Positions 1 through 11,000 of a stretch of DNA of 64,000 bases are shown piece by piece; the stretch's first letter is position 1, and each line of letters starts with the position of its first letter. The notes beneath the pieces are model-generated. The model did not search any database. It had not been told where the DNA came from and saw nothing but the letters and a program-made list of their open reading frames with translations. This DNA is from an uncultured Sangeribacter sp. (GTDB lineage: Bacteria; Bacteroidota; Bacteroidia; Bacteroidales; Muribaculaceae). A program made the position numbers and the translations under genes. The stretch spans positions 6,023-70,022 of the forward strand of contig CAZPQD010000001.1 of assembly GCA_964588625.1 (NCBI GenBank). The letters are read 5' to 3'.

Positions 1-255
1 CTGCACGGAGTTTTCCGGAAAGAATGCCTTGAACTCCGAGTAAAGCTGGGCTGCAAGAGTCTTATTGTGTGAGAGTATGAGGGTAGGACGCTTCACCTGC
101 TGGATGACGTTGGCCATTGTGAATGTCTTGCCGCTGCCGGTGACTCCGAGCAGCGTCTGCTTCGGGATGCCTCGCTCAATACCCTCAGAGATCTCCTCGA
201 TGGCCTCCGGCTGGTCGCCGGTAGGCATATATTCTGAAGTAAGTTTGAAATCCAT
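1..255 (-). CDS. uvrB: Excinuclease ABC subunit B, N-terminal part (runs off the window edge)
   Basis: Manual minus-strand translation from ATG at 255 gives [19 protein letters not shown]...[17 protein letters not shown]...[20 protein letters not shown], with the Walker A and UvrB motifs. Not in the ORF track. Confidence 0.96.
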   Translation of the reverse strand, partial: MDFKLTSEYMPTGDQPEAIEEISEGIERGIPKQTLLGVTGSGKTFTMANVIQQVKRPTLILSHNKTLAAQLYSEFKAFFPENSVQ

Positions 256-258
256 CTG

Positions 259-840
259 TCAGAAATTCTTCAGTTCCTGATAAAGTCTATGTACGGGAAG
301 CCCCATCACATTATAATAACTGCCACGGATGCCGCATACCCCTACGCATCCTATCCATTCCTGAATACCGTAAGCTCCGGCTTTGTCATAAGGCTCGAAG
401 TTGTGGATATAATATGATGCTTCCTCCTTAGTGATCTCTGCAAAATCCACTTCTGTGAGCGAAGTAAACGACCGGCGTTTCTCTTTAGTGGCGATTGTCA
501 CACCAGTAGCCACAATATGCGTCTTTCCACTCAGTGACATAAGCATCTCCATAGCCTCATCAGCATCCTTAGGTTTCCCCATGATGCGGTCGCCTAATAT
601 CACCATTGTATCCGCAGTGATCACCAGATCCTCTTCCGACAGCAACCGGATACAGGCTTCCGCCTTCAATTCCGATACATATTGCGCCGCCTTCAGCGGA
701 TCAATATCAAGCGGATAACGCTCCTCCACACCCTTCACAGTAACGATACCGAAAGGGAGCCTCAACTCCTTCAACAATTCTCTTCTACGCGGCGATTTGC
801 TCGCCAGCAGAATCTTATAATCCTTCAAATTATCAAACAT
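259..840 (-). CDS. maf: Maf family nucleotide pyrophosphatase
   Basis: LLASKSPRRRELL, ITADT and DKAGAYGIQ motifs. Start placed at ATG 840 (ORF track extends to 855). Confidence 0.93.
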   Translation of the reverse strand: MFDNLKDYKILLASKSPRRRELLKELRLPFGIVTVKGVEERYPLDIDPLKAAQYVSELKAEACIRLLSEEDLVITADTMVILGDRIMGKPKDADEAMEMLMSLSGKTHIVATGVTIATKEKRRSFTSLTEVDFAEITKEEASYYIHNFEPYDKAGAYGIQEWIGCVGVCGIRGSYYNVMGLPVHRLYQELKNF

Positions 841-972
841 GATTCCAAATTTCAAACGGCCGCGGCTTACCGCGCCCCCTCATTCTTTATCTTTATATAA
901 CCACAGCAAGCCGCGATCCAATAATTCCCAATTCCATCTCCATCTCTCTAACCGGAGCCGGCTTAAGCCGCC

Positions 973-1007
973 CCCTAAAGCCTAAAATCTAAAGCCTAAA
1001 CCCAAAT
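973..1007. repeat. Heptamer tandem array, 5 units (nCCTAAA type), abutting the kdsC stop codon
   Basis: ccctaaa gcctaaa atctaaa gcctaaa cccaaat, then tca (stop on the minus strand). Confidence 0.85.
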
Positions 1008-1532
1008 TCACCATCCAAACGCCTTCTCATCCGCCATCCACTTGCCATTCACTTTCAGTATTTGTTCCAGCAAATCGCGGCCGCAACCGTATCCTCCCGT
1101 CATCGGGGAGATGTATCGTGAGGTCGCCTTTACCTCCCATGCGGCATCATGCGGGCAACATGCCAACCCCACAGCTCTCAGGCAAGGAAGGTCCGGGATA
1201 TCATCTCCCATATAGGCAATCTCCTCCATCGTCAACCCATTGTCAAGAGCCCATTGCTCCAGAATCGGTAGCTTTTTGGAGGCACTGAGGAAAACGTCAG
1301 CAATACCCAGCGCATTATATCTTCTCTTGATTGCCTCCTCCTTACCTCCTGTGATGATTGCCAGACAGAAACCGGCCTTGGCCGCCAACTGCAATGCATA
1401 TCCATCCTTAATATTCACCATCCTCATGGGTGTGCCGTCGCTATCCATAGGAATGGTGGAAGGGGAGAGAACCCCGTCAATGTCAAAGACGATTCCTTTT
1501 ATCTTGGTGAGGTCGTAATCAATTCTGCTCAT
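1008..1532 (-). CDS. kdsC: 3-deoxy-D-manno-octulosonate 8-phosphate phosphatase (HAD family)
   Basis: FDIDGVL, KDG, IITGG, YMGDDIPD and GGYGCGR motifs. Confidence 0.88.
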   Translation of the reverse strand: MSRIDYDLTKIKGIVFDIDGVLSPSTIPMDSDGTPMRMVNIKDGYALQLAAKAGFCLAIITGGKEEAIKRRYNALGIADVFLSASKKLPILEQWALDNGLTMEEIAYMGDDIPDLPCLRAVGLACCPHDAAWEVKATSRYISPMTGGYGCGRDLLEQILKVNGKWMADEKAFGW

Positions 1533-1632
1533 ATGGCCTCTATTTTAAATTTGAATTTAAAAATCATTTTTAATGCCAAAGAATTTCTCGCTTAGCGATT
1601 ATTCGTCCTTCTCCTGTTTCTATGTAAGTGAT

Positions 1633-2394
1633 TTATCGCGCCCCGCCCATTATTGATTCTGAAATATCAGAATAAATTCTCTGTAGAAGAGGAGAATCCT
1701 CAAGTATGGAGATATGTTTCTCCACCACCTCGGTATCTCCACGCGCTGCCGGCCCTGTCTGAGCCTGCTCCGGATCCATCCTTGAAGCCTTGGCTGCTGT
1801 CTCGGCAATCAATGGTGCCAACGCTTCACATGGCAAACCGTTTTCACGAAGTAATTTCGAAGCAATGGCATACATATGATTGGTGAAATTACAGGCAAAA
1901 ACGGAAGCAAGGTGAAGCTGCCGGCGAGCTTCGCTATCGGCTTCAAATACTTTTTCAGAAAAACAACCTGCAAGCCGCATGAGTAACTCTTTTTCAACTG
2001 GAGAGCTTCCTTCCACAAACACCGGAATTTGTGAATAATCCAGATCAGAATCTCTGGAGAAAGTCTGAAGAGGGTAGAACACTCCACATCTGCCGTGGAT
2101 TACGCTTATAGCAGAAAGAGGAATACTTCCGGAAGTGTGAGCCAACACCGCATAATCCGACCGGGGTATCCTTGATGCAACCTCCGCGATAGCCCGATCG
2201 CTGACAGCAAGCAGGATGATATCGTATGGTGCTTCAATCCCCTCCAGACTGCGCGAACTGACTTGCGTCACGTCGCAACGCTGACCGAGGGCACGCGCAA
2301 GATGGGTGCCGACATTTCCTTTGCCAACTATCGCCACTCTAAGTCTGTAGGCATTCCCTTCAATCCGATCGTTTTTCTCAGAATCTTGGCTCAT
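1633..2394 (-). CDS. Rossmann-like / DUF2520 domain oxidoreductase-like protein
   Basis: GKGNVG, HTSGS, FYPLQTFS, HLASVFACNF and QTGPAARGD motifs. Confidence 0.85.
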   Translation of the reverse strand: MSQDSEKNDRIEGNAYRLRVAIVGKGNVGTHLARALGQRCDVTQVSSRSLEGIEAPYDIILLAVSDRAIAEVASRIPRSDYAVLAHTSGSIPLSAISVIHGRCGVFYPLQTFSRDSDLDYSQIPVFVEGSSPVEKELLMRLAGCFSEKVFEADSEARRQLHLASVFACNFTNHMYAIASKLLRENGLPCEALAPLIAETAAKASRMDPEQAQTGPAARGDTEVVEKHISILEDSPLLQRIYSDISESIMGGAR

Positions 2395-2479
2395 GGAGTA
2401 TTTCTTAACTTTGCAATTTGCAAAAATACAAATAATTCATCTGATTTCCAAATCAACCTGTCTCACTGAGACATCCGCA

Positions 2480-2511
2480 TTTGTATGGAAAATAATTTTT
2501 AAGTAATTTTG
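2480..2511 (+). promoter_or_regulatory. Bacteroidetes sigmaA promoter of the GH20 gene
   Basis: TTTG (2480-2483), N20, TAATTTTG (2504-2511). Confidence 0.7.
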
Positions 2512-2557
2512 AAGCTCAAACTACTGAAACTGATACAGGCTAACTAAATAAAAAGAC

Positions 2558-4603
2558 ATGAAGATTAATCTGCTGATAGCTTTGACTGCGGCCTCGGCTT
2601 TCGCTCTCCCTTGTAGCGTAACGGCCAATACTGTAGGAGCTTATGATATTATCCCTAAACCCTCTAAGATTTTGGTGGAGAAGGGTGAATTTCCCATACC
2701 GTCCGATGGGTTGACTTTTGAAATCAAGGGAAAGGACGCTCTTTCCTTAAGTAATTATCTTGCCGGTGTAAAAGATTTACGTAATGTCACCGGAACGCGT
2801 ACCAAGCCTGCTGTCGAAATCAAGGTTGGAAAGGGAAATTCCGAGGCATACAAAATGATCATCTCGCCGAAGAAAATTACTATCGAATCCGAAGGTGAGG
2901 CCGGAGCGTTCTACGGTGTTCAGACCCTCCTTCAAATGATCCGCATTCCCGGGGCTTCCTCACTGGCTTGTGGGGTGATCACTGACGCTCCCCGATTCGG
3001 TTATCGCGGAATGCATTTTGACGTTTCGCGTCATTTCCGCCCAATCGAGTTCCTTAAGAAGCAGATAGATGCAATGGCTCTGCTGAAGCTCAACAATATG
3101 CATCTTCATCTGACTGATGCAGCCGGATGGCGCATGCAGATCGACTCATATCCCCGGCTTACGGAATATGCCGCATGGCGTCCGCAGACTAAATGGCAGG
3201 ACTGGACCGACAAGGGTGCCCTTTATTGCGAAGAGGGTGCTCCGGGAGCTTATGGTGGATACTATACTAAAGATGAGCTTCGTGATCTGGTAAAGTATGC
3301 AGCGGAACGTAACATTCGGATCATCCCTGAGTTTGAGATTCCGGGCCACAGCAAAGAAGTGACATCCGCTTATCCGGAGTTTTCTTGCAGCGGTGTTCCT
3401 AATATGGATGAAGACCTGTGCCTCGGTAAGGAGGCTACATTCCAGTTTATTGAGACTGTTCTTGATGAAATTATTGACGTATTTCCTTCAGAGCTGATTC
3501 ATATCGGTGGAGACGAAGCATCCAAGTCAGCGTGGCACACTTGTGCCGACTGCAAGGCAAGGATGGAGGCCGAAGGACTCGAGAACGTCGACCGTCTGCA
3601 GAGCTACGGAATCCATCGGGTAGAGGAATATGTGAAGTCTAAAGGACGGCGGATCATAGGTTGGGACGAAATCATTGATGGTGGACTCGCCCCTGATGCC
3701 ACAGTAATGTCGTGGCGCGGAACGAAGGGTGGAGTTGAAGCCATTAACACCGGCCATGATGCCATCATGACACCCGCCTCGCATTGCTATCTTGATTACT
3801 GTCAGGATGCTCCGTTCAAGGAGCCTGTTTCGTTTGGCGAATATGTGCCTTTGGAGAAAGTTTATGGTTTTGAGCCTCTCGAATCCACCATCAATCCCGA
3901 TATGGCCAAGCATCTACTCGGCCTGCAGGCAAATCTCTGGTGTGAGTACATACTGGAGGATGACCATGCTGAACACATGTATTACCCCCGCACTTATGCG
4001 TTGGCAGAGATAGCATGGACAGATGCTGAAAAGGATTATGACGATTTTCACCGACGTGCCATCACTCTCAGCGACCAACTTACAGAGGCTGGGTATCATC
4101 CCTTTGATCTGCGTTCAGAATATGGGCAACGACGCGAGACACTGACACCGGTGGAGCACAAGGGAATGAAGGGTTCTGTCAGTTACGTCACACCGGCTCA
4201 TGAGAAATATCCCGGCACCGGTGACTCCTCGCTTATCGACGGCGTACGTGGCGGTTGGGATTATGCAAACCCGCGCTGGCAGGGATTCCTCGGAGATTTT
4301 GAAGCCGTGATCGACCTTGGCGAGATGACGCCTATAAACACAATCAGCACCGATTGCATGCAGTCGGCCGGCGCCTGGATTCACCTTCCGAAATATGTGG
4401 AATTCTATATATCGGAAAATGGCACTGATTTCAAACCGGTGGATACTGTCTGGAGAGACATTGATCCAAACTACAACAAGACATTCGTTAAGAATTTCCA
4501 GACCACCCTTCCAGGCACTCCCGCACGCTATGTGAAGGTGAAAGCCAAGCTCCACGACCGCGATGGAGCCTGGATCTTCATCGATGAAATCATCGTAAAC
4601 TGA
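2558..4603 (+). CDS. Beta-N-acetylhexosaminidase (GH20) with C-terminal F5/8-type C (discoidin) domain
   Basis: Signal peptide; YRGMHFDVSRHF, HLTD, IPEFEIPGH, catalytic HIGGDE, QANLWCEY; C-terminal IDLG...ARYVKV. Confidence 0.93.
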   Translation: MKINLLIALTAASAFALPCSVTANTVGAYDIIPKPSKILVEKGEFPIPSDGLTFEIKGKDALSLSNYLAGVKDLRNVTGTRTKPAVEIKVGKGNSEAYKMIISPKKITIESEGEAGAFYGVQTLLQMIRIPGASSLACGVITDAPRFGYRGMHFDVSRHFRPIEFLKKQIDAMALLKLNNMHLHLTDAAGWRMQIDSYPRLTEYAAWRPQTKWQDWTDKGALYCEEGAPGAYGGYYTKDELRDLVKYAAERNIRIIPEFEIPGHSKEVTSAYPEFSCSGVPNMDEDLCLGKEATFQFIETVLDEIIDVFPSELIHIGGDEASKSAWHTCADCKARMEAEGLENVDRLQSYGIHRVEEYVKSKGRRIIGWDEIIDGGLAPDATVMSWRGTKGGVEAINTGHDAIMTPASHCYLDYCQDAPFKEPVSFGEYVPLEKVYGFEPLESTINPDMAKHLLGLQANLWCEYILEDDHAEHMYYPRTYALAEIAWTDAEKDYDDFHRRAITLSDQLTEAGYHPFDLRSEYGQRRETLTPVEHKGMKGSVSYVTPAHEKYPGTGDSSLIDGVRGGWDYANPRWQGFLGDFEAVIDLGEMTPINTISTDCMQSAGAWIHLPKYVEFYISENGTDFKPVDTVWRDIDPNYNKTFVKNFQTTLPGTPARYVKVKAKLHDRDGAWIFIDEIIVN

Positions 4604-7600
4604 TGGGTGGGGTTGTCCAATAGAAGATGCCCTGACCCTCTACTTCTGAGTCGCGGTAGCGATGTGTGCCGAGTTTAACTTTTATATCTTCACCGGCAGT
4701 GAAGAGTCCTTCGGCATCAGGTTCACCCTCAAAATCAAAGAATGCGTTAAGTCTTCCGGCTGATGCAGGGGTTACTCCTTGCATCAGCTCTTTTATTTCT
4801 TGTGGAGTAAGAGCTTTGCCTCCAACGTAGAAATCATCGGCAACCCCTCTCACAGACCCGGATTTGTGGAGGTATCCTCCAAGAGCCACGACATATTCCT
4901 CGTTCCATTTCTCTGCCGGAGCTATCCCGGCGGGTTCGCTATTGAAAGATAAGCCTCCAAGCGACCATCCGGTAGCTTTCTGTCGTTTGCCGTTGAGATA
5001 AAACGACGGAACGATATTGCCATCTTCATCCACATCGAATACGTAGGCCACATGATTCCACTGGCGGGGAATGAGTCTGGTGTTGTCAAATTTAACATCG
5101 AGAATGTCTCCATTGTCAAGACGGATGGAATAGGCTGCCGTGCCTCCATCTTCATTCAACGTATGCCAGAACCAACCCCACTGGTTTTTTGCCCATGGAT
5201 CGCGTCGTGAACGGATGTTGAGCATCTCCACCGACTGATCTTCGAATGTATCCGGATTAAGCCAAAAAGCTATTGTGAACGGCTCCTTTTCATTAAGCCC
5301 TGTGTCTTTTGACTTGAATCCAAGAGCGTCACCACCGATACGGACAACGCGGGAAGAATCAGAGGCCTCCGACTTATCCATGATCATAATGCGGTCAGAA
5401 AGTATCCGGGGTTCGGATGCTGTTTCCAAAGAACCTTTTTCATGGTCAGATATTTCCAAAGAATAATGGCCGGCCTTCTTCAATCCATGCTTTAGAGTGA
5501 GTTCTTTCTTTCCTTTTACAGAGGCAACCGTTCTGCCATTTTCATCAATTACCCGCCAGTTGGATGCCGGATGAAGTGGGTCGACATAAGAGATGGTGAA
5601 AGCTTCCCCTTCGAAGGGCATATCATTGGAGAAAGCGATTTCCTCACTCACTTCATATAGTGGGGAAACAGCATGGTAATCGCCCCAGCTTACAGGACTT
5701 TCGGAGTTCCGGTCAAGAGAAAGGGCACTGACTCCAAACCGTACGCTATCATTGGCCAATCCGGTAGGAGTGTATTTCACATTCGGGATGAAACCGGCCC
5801 ATGAAGTGGTGAGACCCATCAAGACAGGTTCTGTTCCCTTTTGTTGCGCATAAAGCTTGAACATGGATGTGTTGACGTCTGAATTGTAGCAGATCTCTCC
5901 TTCCTTATCGTTGGGCATATTGAAGATAATCTTACCGTCAAGACCATCATATGCTGCATGAAGCAGACTACTTTTCTCCACTTCAGGAGCCTCTACTGTG
6001 GGATTCATATCCTTGCTCCTTACAATCGAGAGTTCGCCGAGTCTCATATCAAGGTCTTCTGCGTCGGAGAAGGCGAGGGCAATGACGGCCAGTTCGTCGC
6101 CGCCATTCAACTCTATATCTTTTCCTACAACGAACCGTCGCTGGGTCCAATCTCCCTTTGAGTCCAGTCCTTTTTCCGCCACTCTCATAGTCTTTTTCCC
6201 AATAGGAATCTGTTCGTTGCCATTCAAGGAAAAAGCGAGATGTACATCGGCGTCCCCTTTTAGTATCTTATATCTGAAAGAGATCTCATCACCATCCTCC
6301 AATTTGAAGTCAGTCTTGAAAAGATGGAGGAAAGCCTTGTCTGCATTGCCGTCTATACGGATAGTGCTGCCGCCTGTCCAGGCATCATCCCAGACATATT
6401 CAGCCTTCAAACCTAAATCTTTGTTGGAGGATTCATCTCTCCCGAGGAAATCTCTGGAAATCCACCATTGCCAGGAGGGAAGATAATCCTGCACAGCGAT
6501 GTTATACCACTCTGAATCGTGCATACGTCTCCCTTCCCAGTTGAAGAATGTGCCATTGCCGAGGTTGAAGTTTGTTATGAACGGTTCTTCCGAAAGATTC
6601 CAGCACAAGGGCGACCGGGCCGACATCATCTTAGCCATACCGAAGAATCCGTCGTTGTCGGCTCCGTAAGTAATTCCGTTGGAGAAATCGGGGGTAAGGG
6701 CAGGATTGCGGTTGCCACCCGAAAACCATTTCTCAACCCTGTCAAGATAGGTACGCTGTCGGTCTTCTGGAGAAGCACTCTTCTCTGCTCGGCTTTCGAA
6801 GAACATGCTCTCTTCATGAGCACCCCAAAGACCAATGGAGAGAGGGTATTTGGCAAGGAGAGGCCAGATCTCCGGATTGGAATTATGCGGTTCGCGGCCT
6901 TGCATATTGATGCTGCAATAGAGGTCGAGGGGAGTACGCCCGCACATCCTGGCATTATGGGCCGACATATCGAGCAAGTCGTCGAAATTCCAGTTATAGT
7001 TGAAGAAGAGCGACGTGCGCACGTGGTCGCCCCAGCCCCAGATACCGGCGTTATGGCCGCTGAGTCCATTGTCAAAAGTGATGCGACCTTCAACGTTGGT
7101 GCCGTCATACCAAATGAACTCCGCCACAGGGTTGTTGTGCTTCTCATGGAGGAGTTTCAGAGTGTTCTCATGAAGCCATGCCAGACGGGCCACAATCTCC
7201 GGTGGGCCGTTGAACTCGGAATTATATCCGATGCCGTCGATGCCGTAATATGACAGGAAATCAGCGAGTTTTTCCGGCTCGACGCGCGACAGCGAATCGA
7301 GTGCCTCACGCCATTCATCTGTAATGTTGCCCCAGGGCACAGAGGCAACCACACTCACCGGCACACCATTCTTATGGGCAATGTCGGCGAAACCTCCCGG
7401 CATTCGGATGAGGGGAGTGGTCCAGTTTCCGTAGTGTGTCACATACTGCCACATTGGAAAAACTTCACTGTCATACCTACCGTCCGGCAAACCGTTGGTG
7501 GCTTTCCGGTTGATGGGTATCCAGTACATCAGTTTCTTGTCAATGCTTTCGTCGAGGGTCGTGTCCACCTGCGTAGCCTGATTTCGGAAACGCTTCTTGG

Positions 7601-7787
7601 GACGCACGCGTGAGATGAAGAAATTGTCATCCTCTGTCCATTTCTCTCCTTTTTTCCACTGTGCGAACCTCTTAGGGAAGTCAGTGGCTGTCACTCCCCA
7701 GTCAATATATTGCTCCTTCAGTACCCCGGCCGTCGCCAAAATTGGCAGCCCCAAAAGTATCACAGGCCAAATCCTCATTTTTTTCAT
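4590..7787 (-). CDS. Endo-beta-N-acetylglucosaminidase (GH85-like) with PKD-like and LamG-like domains
   Basis: Signal peptide; WQYVTHY, AHKNGVPV, catalytic N-x-E in DGIGYNSEF, FIWYD, PFITNFNLGNG; C-terminal WNHVAYV...FYLNG. Start placed at ATG 7787. Confidence 0.8.
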   Translation of the reverse strand: MKKMRIWPVILLGLPILATAGVLKEQYIDWGVTATDFPKRFAQWKKGEKWTEDDNFFISRVRPKKRFRNQATQVDTTLDESIDKKLMYWIPINRKATNGLPDGRYDSEVFPMWQYVTHYGNWTTPLIRMPGGFADIAHKNGVPVSVVASVPWGNITDEWREALDSLSRVEPEKLADFLSYYGIDGIGYNSEFNGPPEIVARLAWLHENTLKLLHEKHNNPVAEFIWYDGTNVEGRITFDNGLSGHNAGIWGWGDHVRTSLFFNYNWNFDDLLDMSAHNARMCGRTPLDLYCSINMQGREPHNSNPEIWPLLAKYPLSIGLWGAHEESMFFESRAEKSASPEDRQRTYLDRVEKWFSGGNRNPALTPDFSNGITYGADNDGFFGMAKMMSARSPLCWNLSEEPFITNFNLGNGTFFNWEGRRMHDSEWYNIAVQDYLPSWQWWISRDFLGRDESSNKDLGLKAEYVWDDAWTGGSTIRIDGNADKAFLHLFKTDFKLEDGDEISFRYKILKGDADVHLAFSLNGNEQIPIGKKTMRVAEKGLDSKGDWTQRRFVVGKDIELNGGDELAVIALAFSDAEDLDMRLGELSIVRSKDMNPTVEAPEVEKSSLLHAAYDGLDGKIIFNMPNDKEGEICYNSDVNTSMFKLYAQQKGTEPVLMGLTTSWAGFIPNVKYTPTGLANDSVRFGVSALSLDRNSESPVSWGDYHAVSPLYEVSEEIAFSNDMPFEGEAFTISYVDPLHPASNWRVIDENGRTVASVKGKKELTLKHGLKKAGHYSLEISDHEKGSLETASEPRILSDRIMIMDKSEASDSSRVVRIGGDALGFKSKDTGLNEKEPFTIAFWLNPDTFEDQSVEMLNIRSRRDPWAKNQWGWFWHTLNEDGGTAAYSIRLDNGDILDVKFDNTRLIPRQWNHVAYVFDVDEDGNIVPSFYLNGKRQKATGWSLGGLSFNSEPAGIAPAEKWNEEYVVALGGYLHKSGSVRGVADDFYVGGKALTPQEIKELMQGVTPASAGRLNAFFDFEGEPDAEGLFTAGEDIKVKLGTHRYRDSEVEGQGIFYWTTPPISLR

Positions 7788-7807
7788 AGCCACAAAAATA
7801 GGGAGAA

Positions 7808-7866
7808 ATTAGGAATTAGGGATTAGGAATCAGGAATTTTTTGAATTCGGGTTTAGAAATTTAGGG
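7808..7866. repeat. Degenerate heptamer array (ATTAGGA type) upstream of the GH85 promoter
   Basis: attagga attaggg attagga atcagga ... tttagaa atttagg. Confidence 0.8.
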
Positions 7867-7872
7867 GAGGAT

Positions 7873-7915
7873 AAAAAAAGTATGCGGAGAAATGCCATTT
7901 TTTCTCCGCATACTT
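7873..7915 (-). terminator. Intrinsic terminator of the metalloprotease gene
   Basis: 15-bp stem AAGTATGCGGAGAAA / TTTCTCCGCATACTT with an A-tract at 7873-7879 (U-tract on the minus strand). Confidence 0.8.
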
Positions 7916-8003
7916 CGAATAAGAGTTTGCCTGAGTGGACGTGTTTTCTTACAATGCTCGTTTTCTCAGGCTCTCTTAGGATTGAGATACTTATTATGTC
8001 AGC

Positions 8004-11000
8004 TTATTTTATTGTAATCTTCTGGGATATGGAGCCTTGCTGGATGATATAGACTCCGGGTGCGAGTGAATTGAGTGCATCTTTTGTGCAATCCTTCATC
8101 AGGAGGATACCCTCCAGAGAGATAACATCCACGGTAGAGGTCTCATCGGAGAAGAGGGCGTCGATTCCAGTCTGGATGGCATCGGCAGTCACTGTGCAGG
8201 ATGCTGAGAGATCGGAACCATCAACTGTGGAAGCAGTGATTGTGCACGTGCCATTCTTCAGTATGAGCACCAGACCCTCTTCATCGACAGTGGCAACAGA
8301 TTCATCGGAGGAAGACCAGACGATCTCTTTATCTGTTACATCATCAGGGATGACAGTGGCGGTAAGCTGGAGATTCTCGCCAACTTTGCCATGCCAGGAG
8401 TCATGGTTGAGTGTGAGGGATTCTGCCAGGATAAGTTTGGGATCATTGGCTATTCGCTTTGTTTTCACCGACTCCACATTGCCATCTTCTCCACTGACCT
8501 CAACGATGAGGATAAGGTCGCCTTTCGGGAGGGAGGAAATGTCGGCACTGATCTGCTGACGGGATGCAGCGCGTGCCATCTGAGGCATGACGCTCTGTCC
8601 GGACTCTCCGTTGATTTCCAGACCACTCTGTTCATGGATGATTCTCCACTTATAGGAGAATTGGGATTCAGCCAACGAGGCCACCCCGAAAATTAAGGAT
8701 TCATCAACGACGTCGGCAAACAGTTCATAGTCAGACTCATTATTATCCGGTTCGAAAATCAAGGTCTCCACGAAATTGTAGGTGAAAGGATTCAGAGCCT
8801 TGTCTACGACAGTCATCTCTGACAGACCCCAGATTCCCGGGGCACTTCCCTGAGGAAGAACTACCTTGATAAGATAGTGTTCCCAAACGGTGGGATCACC
8901 ATCAAAATAGAGTGTTCCAAAATTACGATGGTAGAAATACTCGAAGTGATCTATTCCCTGAGGGTCGCGGAGTCGATAATTACAAAGACCGAGTCCCGAC
9001 TTATCATCTCTTCCGTAGAAAGAGATTGTGACGATAGTCTCCCCGTCGGGAGCTTCAGGATGGGTTGGTTCGGCATAGACAGTGATTCGCTGCAAGTCGA
9101 TTTCGGGATGCTTTGTATCTGGATTTGGTGTTTCAATAAAGCAATACTCAGTAGGATATTTCCCATTATTTTCATAGAAATCAAACCATCTGCTGTTGCC
9201 TGCTTTGTCCGTCAAGATGAGGTTACTTACATAATAGTTCCCTGTAGGATAAAATTCCGTGATAGGTATATTGATTACGGCCTCACCTGTCTCGACTTCA
9301 TATACACCGTAAACATCAACAGAATAATTATTGCCGGGAGTCTGCACGCGGCACATCATACTTTTGAATCCAATGTTGTCGTGTACTTTAAACCTCATTT
9401 GAAGATTCTGAGCTTCATGACCGTCAAGGTCGATGGCGGTAAGGATATATCTCATCACGCCTTCGTAAACAGGCGGAACGAGATCCTCGAGGGAGTTATT
9501 GACATAGAGATCAAATACACAATCGTTCTGGCCTTCAAAACGCTGGTTGCCCACCATGTCGGAAACGATGATGTCGCCCGCTGTCCAGTGGCCGGTCTTA
9601 CTGTATTTGCTAATTATTATTGTTCCCTGAAGGATATGTCCGGTCTCATCAATAGGAGACATGTGCAGGTCTTCATATTGAGAATCATACGAGCCATCCT
9701 CGCATTCAAAGGTTGGACTCGTCAATCTGACAAAAGCATGGGAAGCACTGTCGTCAAATCCTTCAACGTCATTGAGTTCAATTTCCACGGTCACTAATTT
9801 ATCTTCATCGGGCGCACCCTGACAAGTCACATTCACTCTCTTAATCTTTCCCGGATAGTCATAGTCGGGATAGAGATTGAGGACTTCAAACGTGAGATGG
9901 TCGGGGATTTTAGAGATGTATCTTGTGCCGTGCATGATGCGGTTGCATATGAACTCATACTTCTCCGGGGAACGTGAGAGAAGTTTGTCAGGATTTTTCA
10001 GATAGAAGGCTATAGATTCTGCCATATCCTCATTGGGGTTATGCGCATGGGCATAAGCCGAGACAAACTCCACATCCTTGGTGGTTGACCAGCCATCGCT
10101 TCCGTTGGGATCAACATACCAACCTCCGGTTTCAGCCCAGTCATTCTTTATCTCATCGGAGAAGACGAATTGCCAGAGGAAGTGGGATTTCTCATGCAGG
10201 ATGAGACGTTGGGTCTCGAACGTTTCATTATTGCTTCCGAAGGCACTCTCCATGAACTCGATATACCCGTTATCCACCGGCCACGCCACTGCGGCAGCTT
10301 CAGGATATAGCGGGTGTCGCATACCGTTTTTACGACGTATGAGATAATTCAGATGGGGAGTGACGTGGAATCCTTCTGGCATTTCCTCAAACATATTGAT
10401 GATAGCCACAAGCTCTGAAGGGAAGAATTGCTGAAAATGATCGGAGGTTTCATTCGTTATGCCAGCAGTTAAAGCCTCATAATCAACATTGAGGATTTTA
10501 CATCCAAAACGTCTTTCAAGAATAATATAGGCTTGAAACTCATTTTCACCGAAATCTGTCACGAAGTTTGTCAGTGCATGGTGGAGCCTTTTGGAAAACA
10601 GTTTTCCTCGCTCTCCGTCAAGGCTGACAAAGAATGGATTTGCATAATAGAAAGCATCTTTAGAAATAGATACTTCATACCCCTCACCGGAAGTTGTGAT
10701 GGAGATGTCATTCTCAAGAGAGGCGCTTGTCAGCCGGAAGACAGCATGCGGGCGAGAAAGATAATCCACTGGGAGTGTCTTAAGTGTCTCTACAAGACGG
10801 TAGGCATATTCCTGTGTCCAAGGTTCGTCGCTGTCATCGAGATAGATATGGTAATCTTTCTCAAGAATTGTGTAGAAAGGAACATCGGAAGGTACTATCT
10901 TCTTTCCGAGAAATTCGATCTCAGCGGGACGGTTGACATTCGCTGTCTGGGTGTAGCCTGACGGACTACCGTCTTCCTCCCATTTGAAAAACCACTCGTC

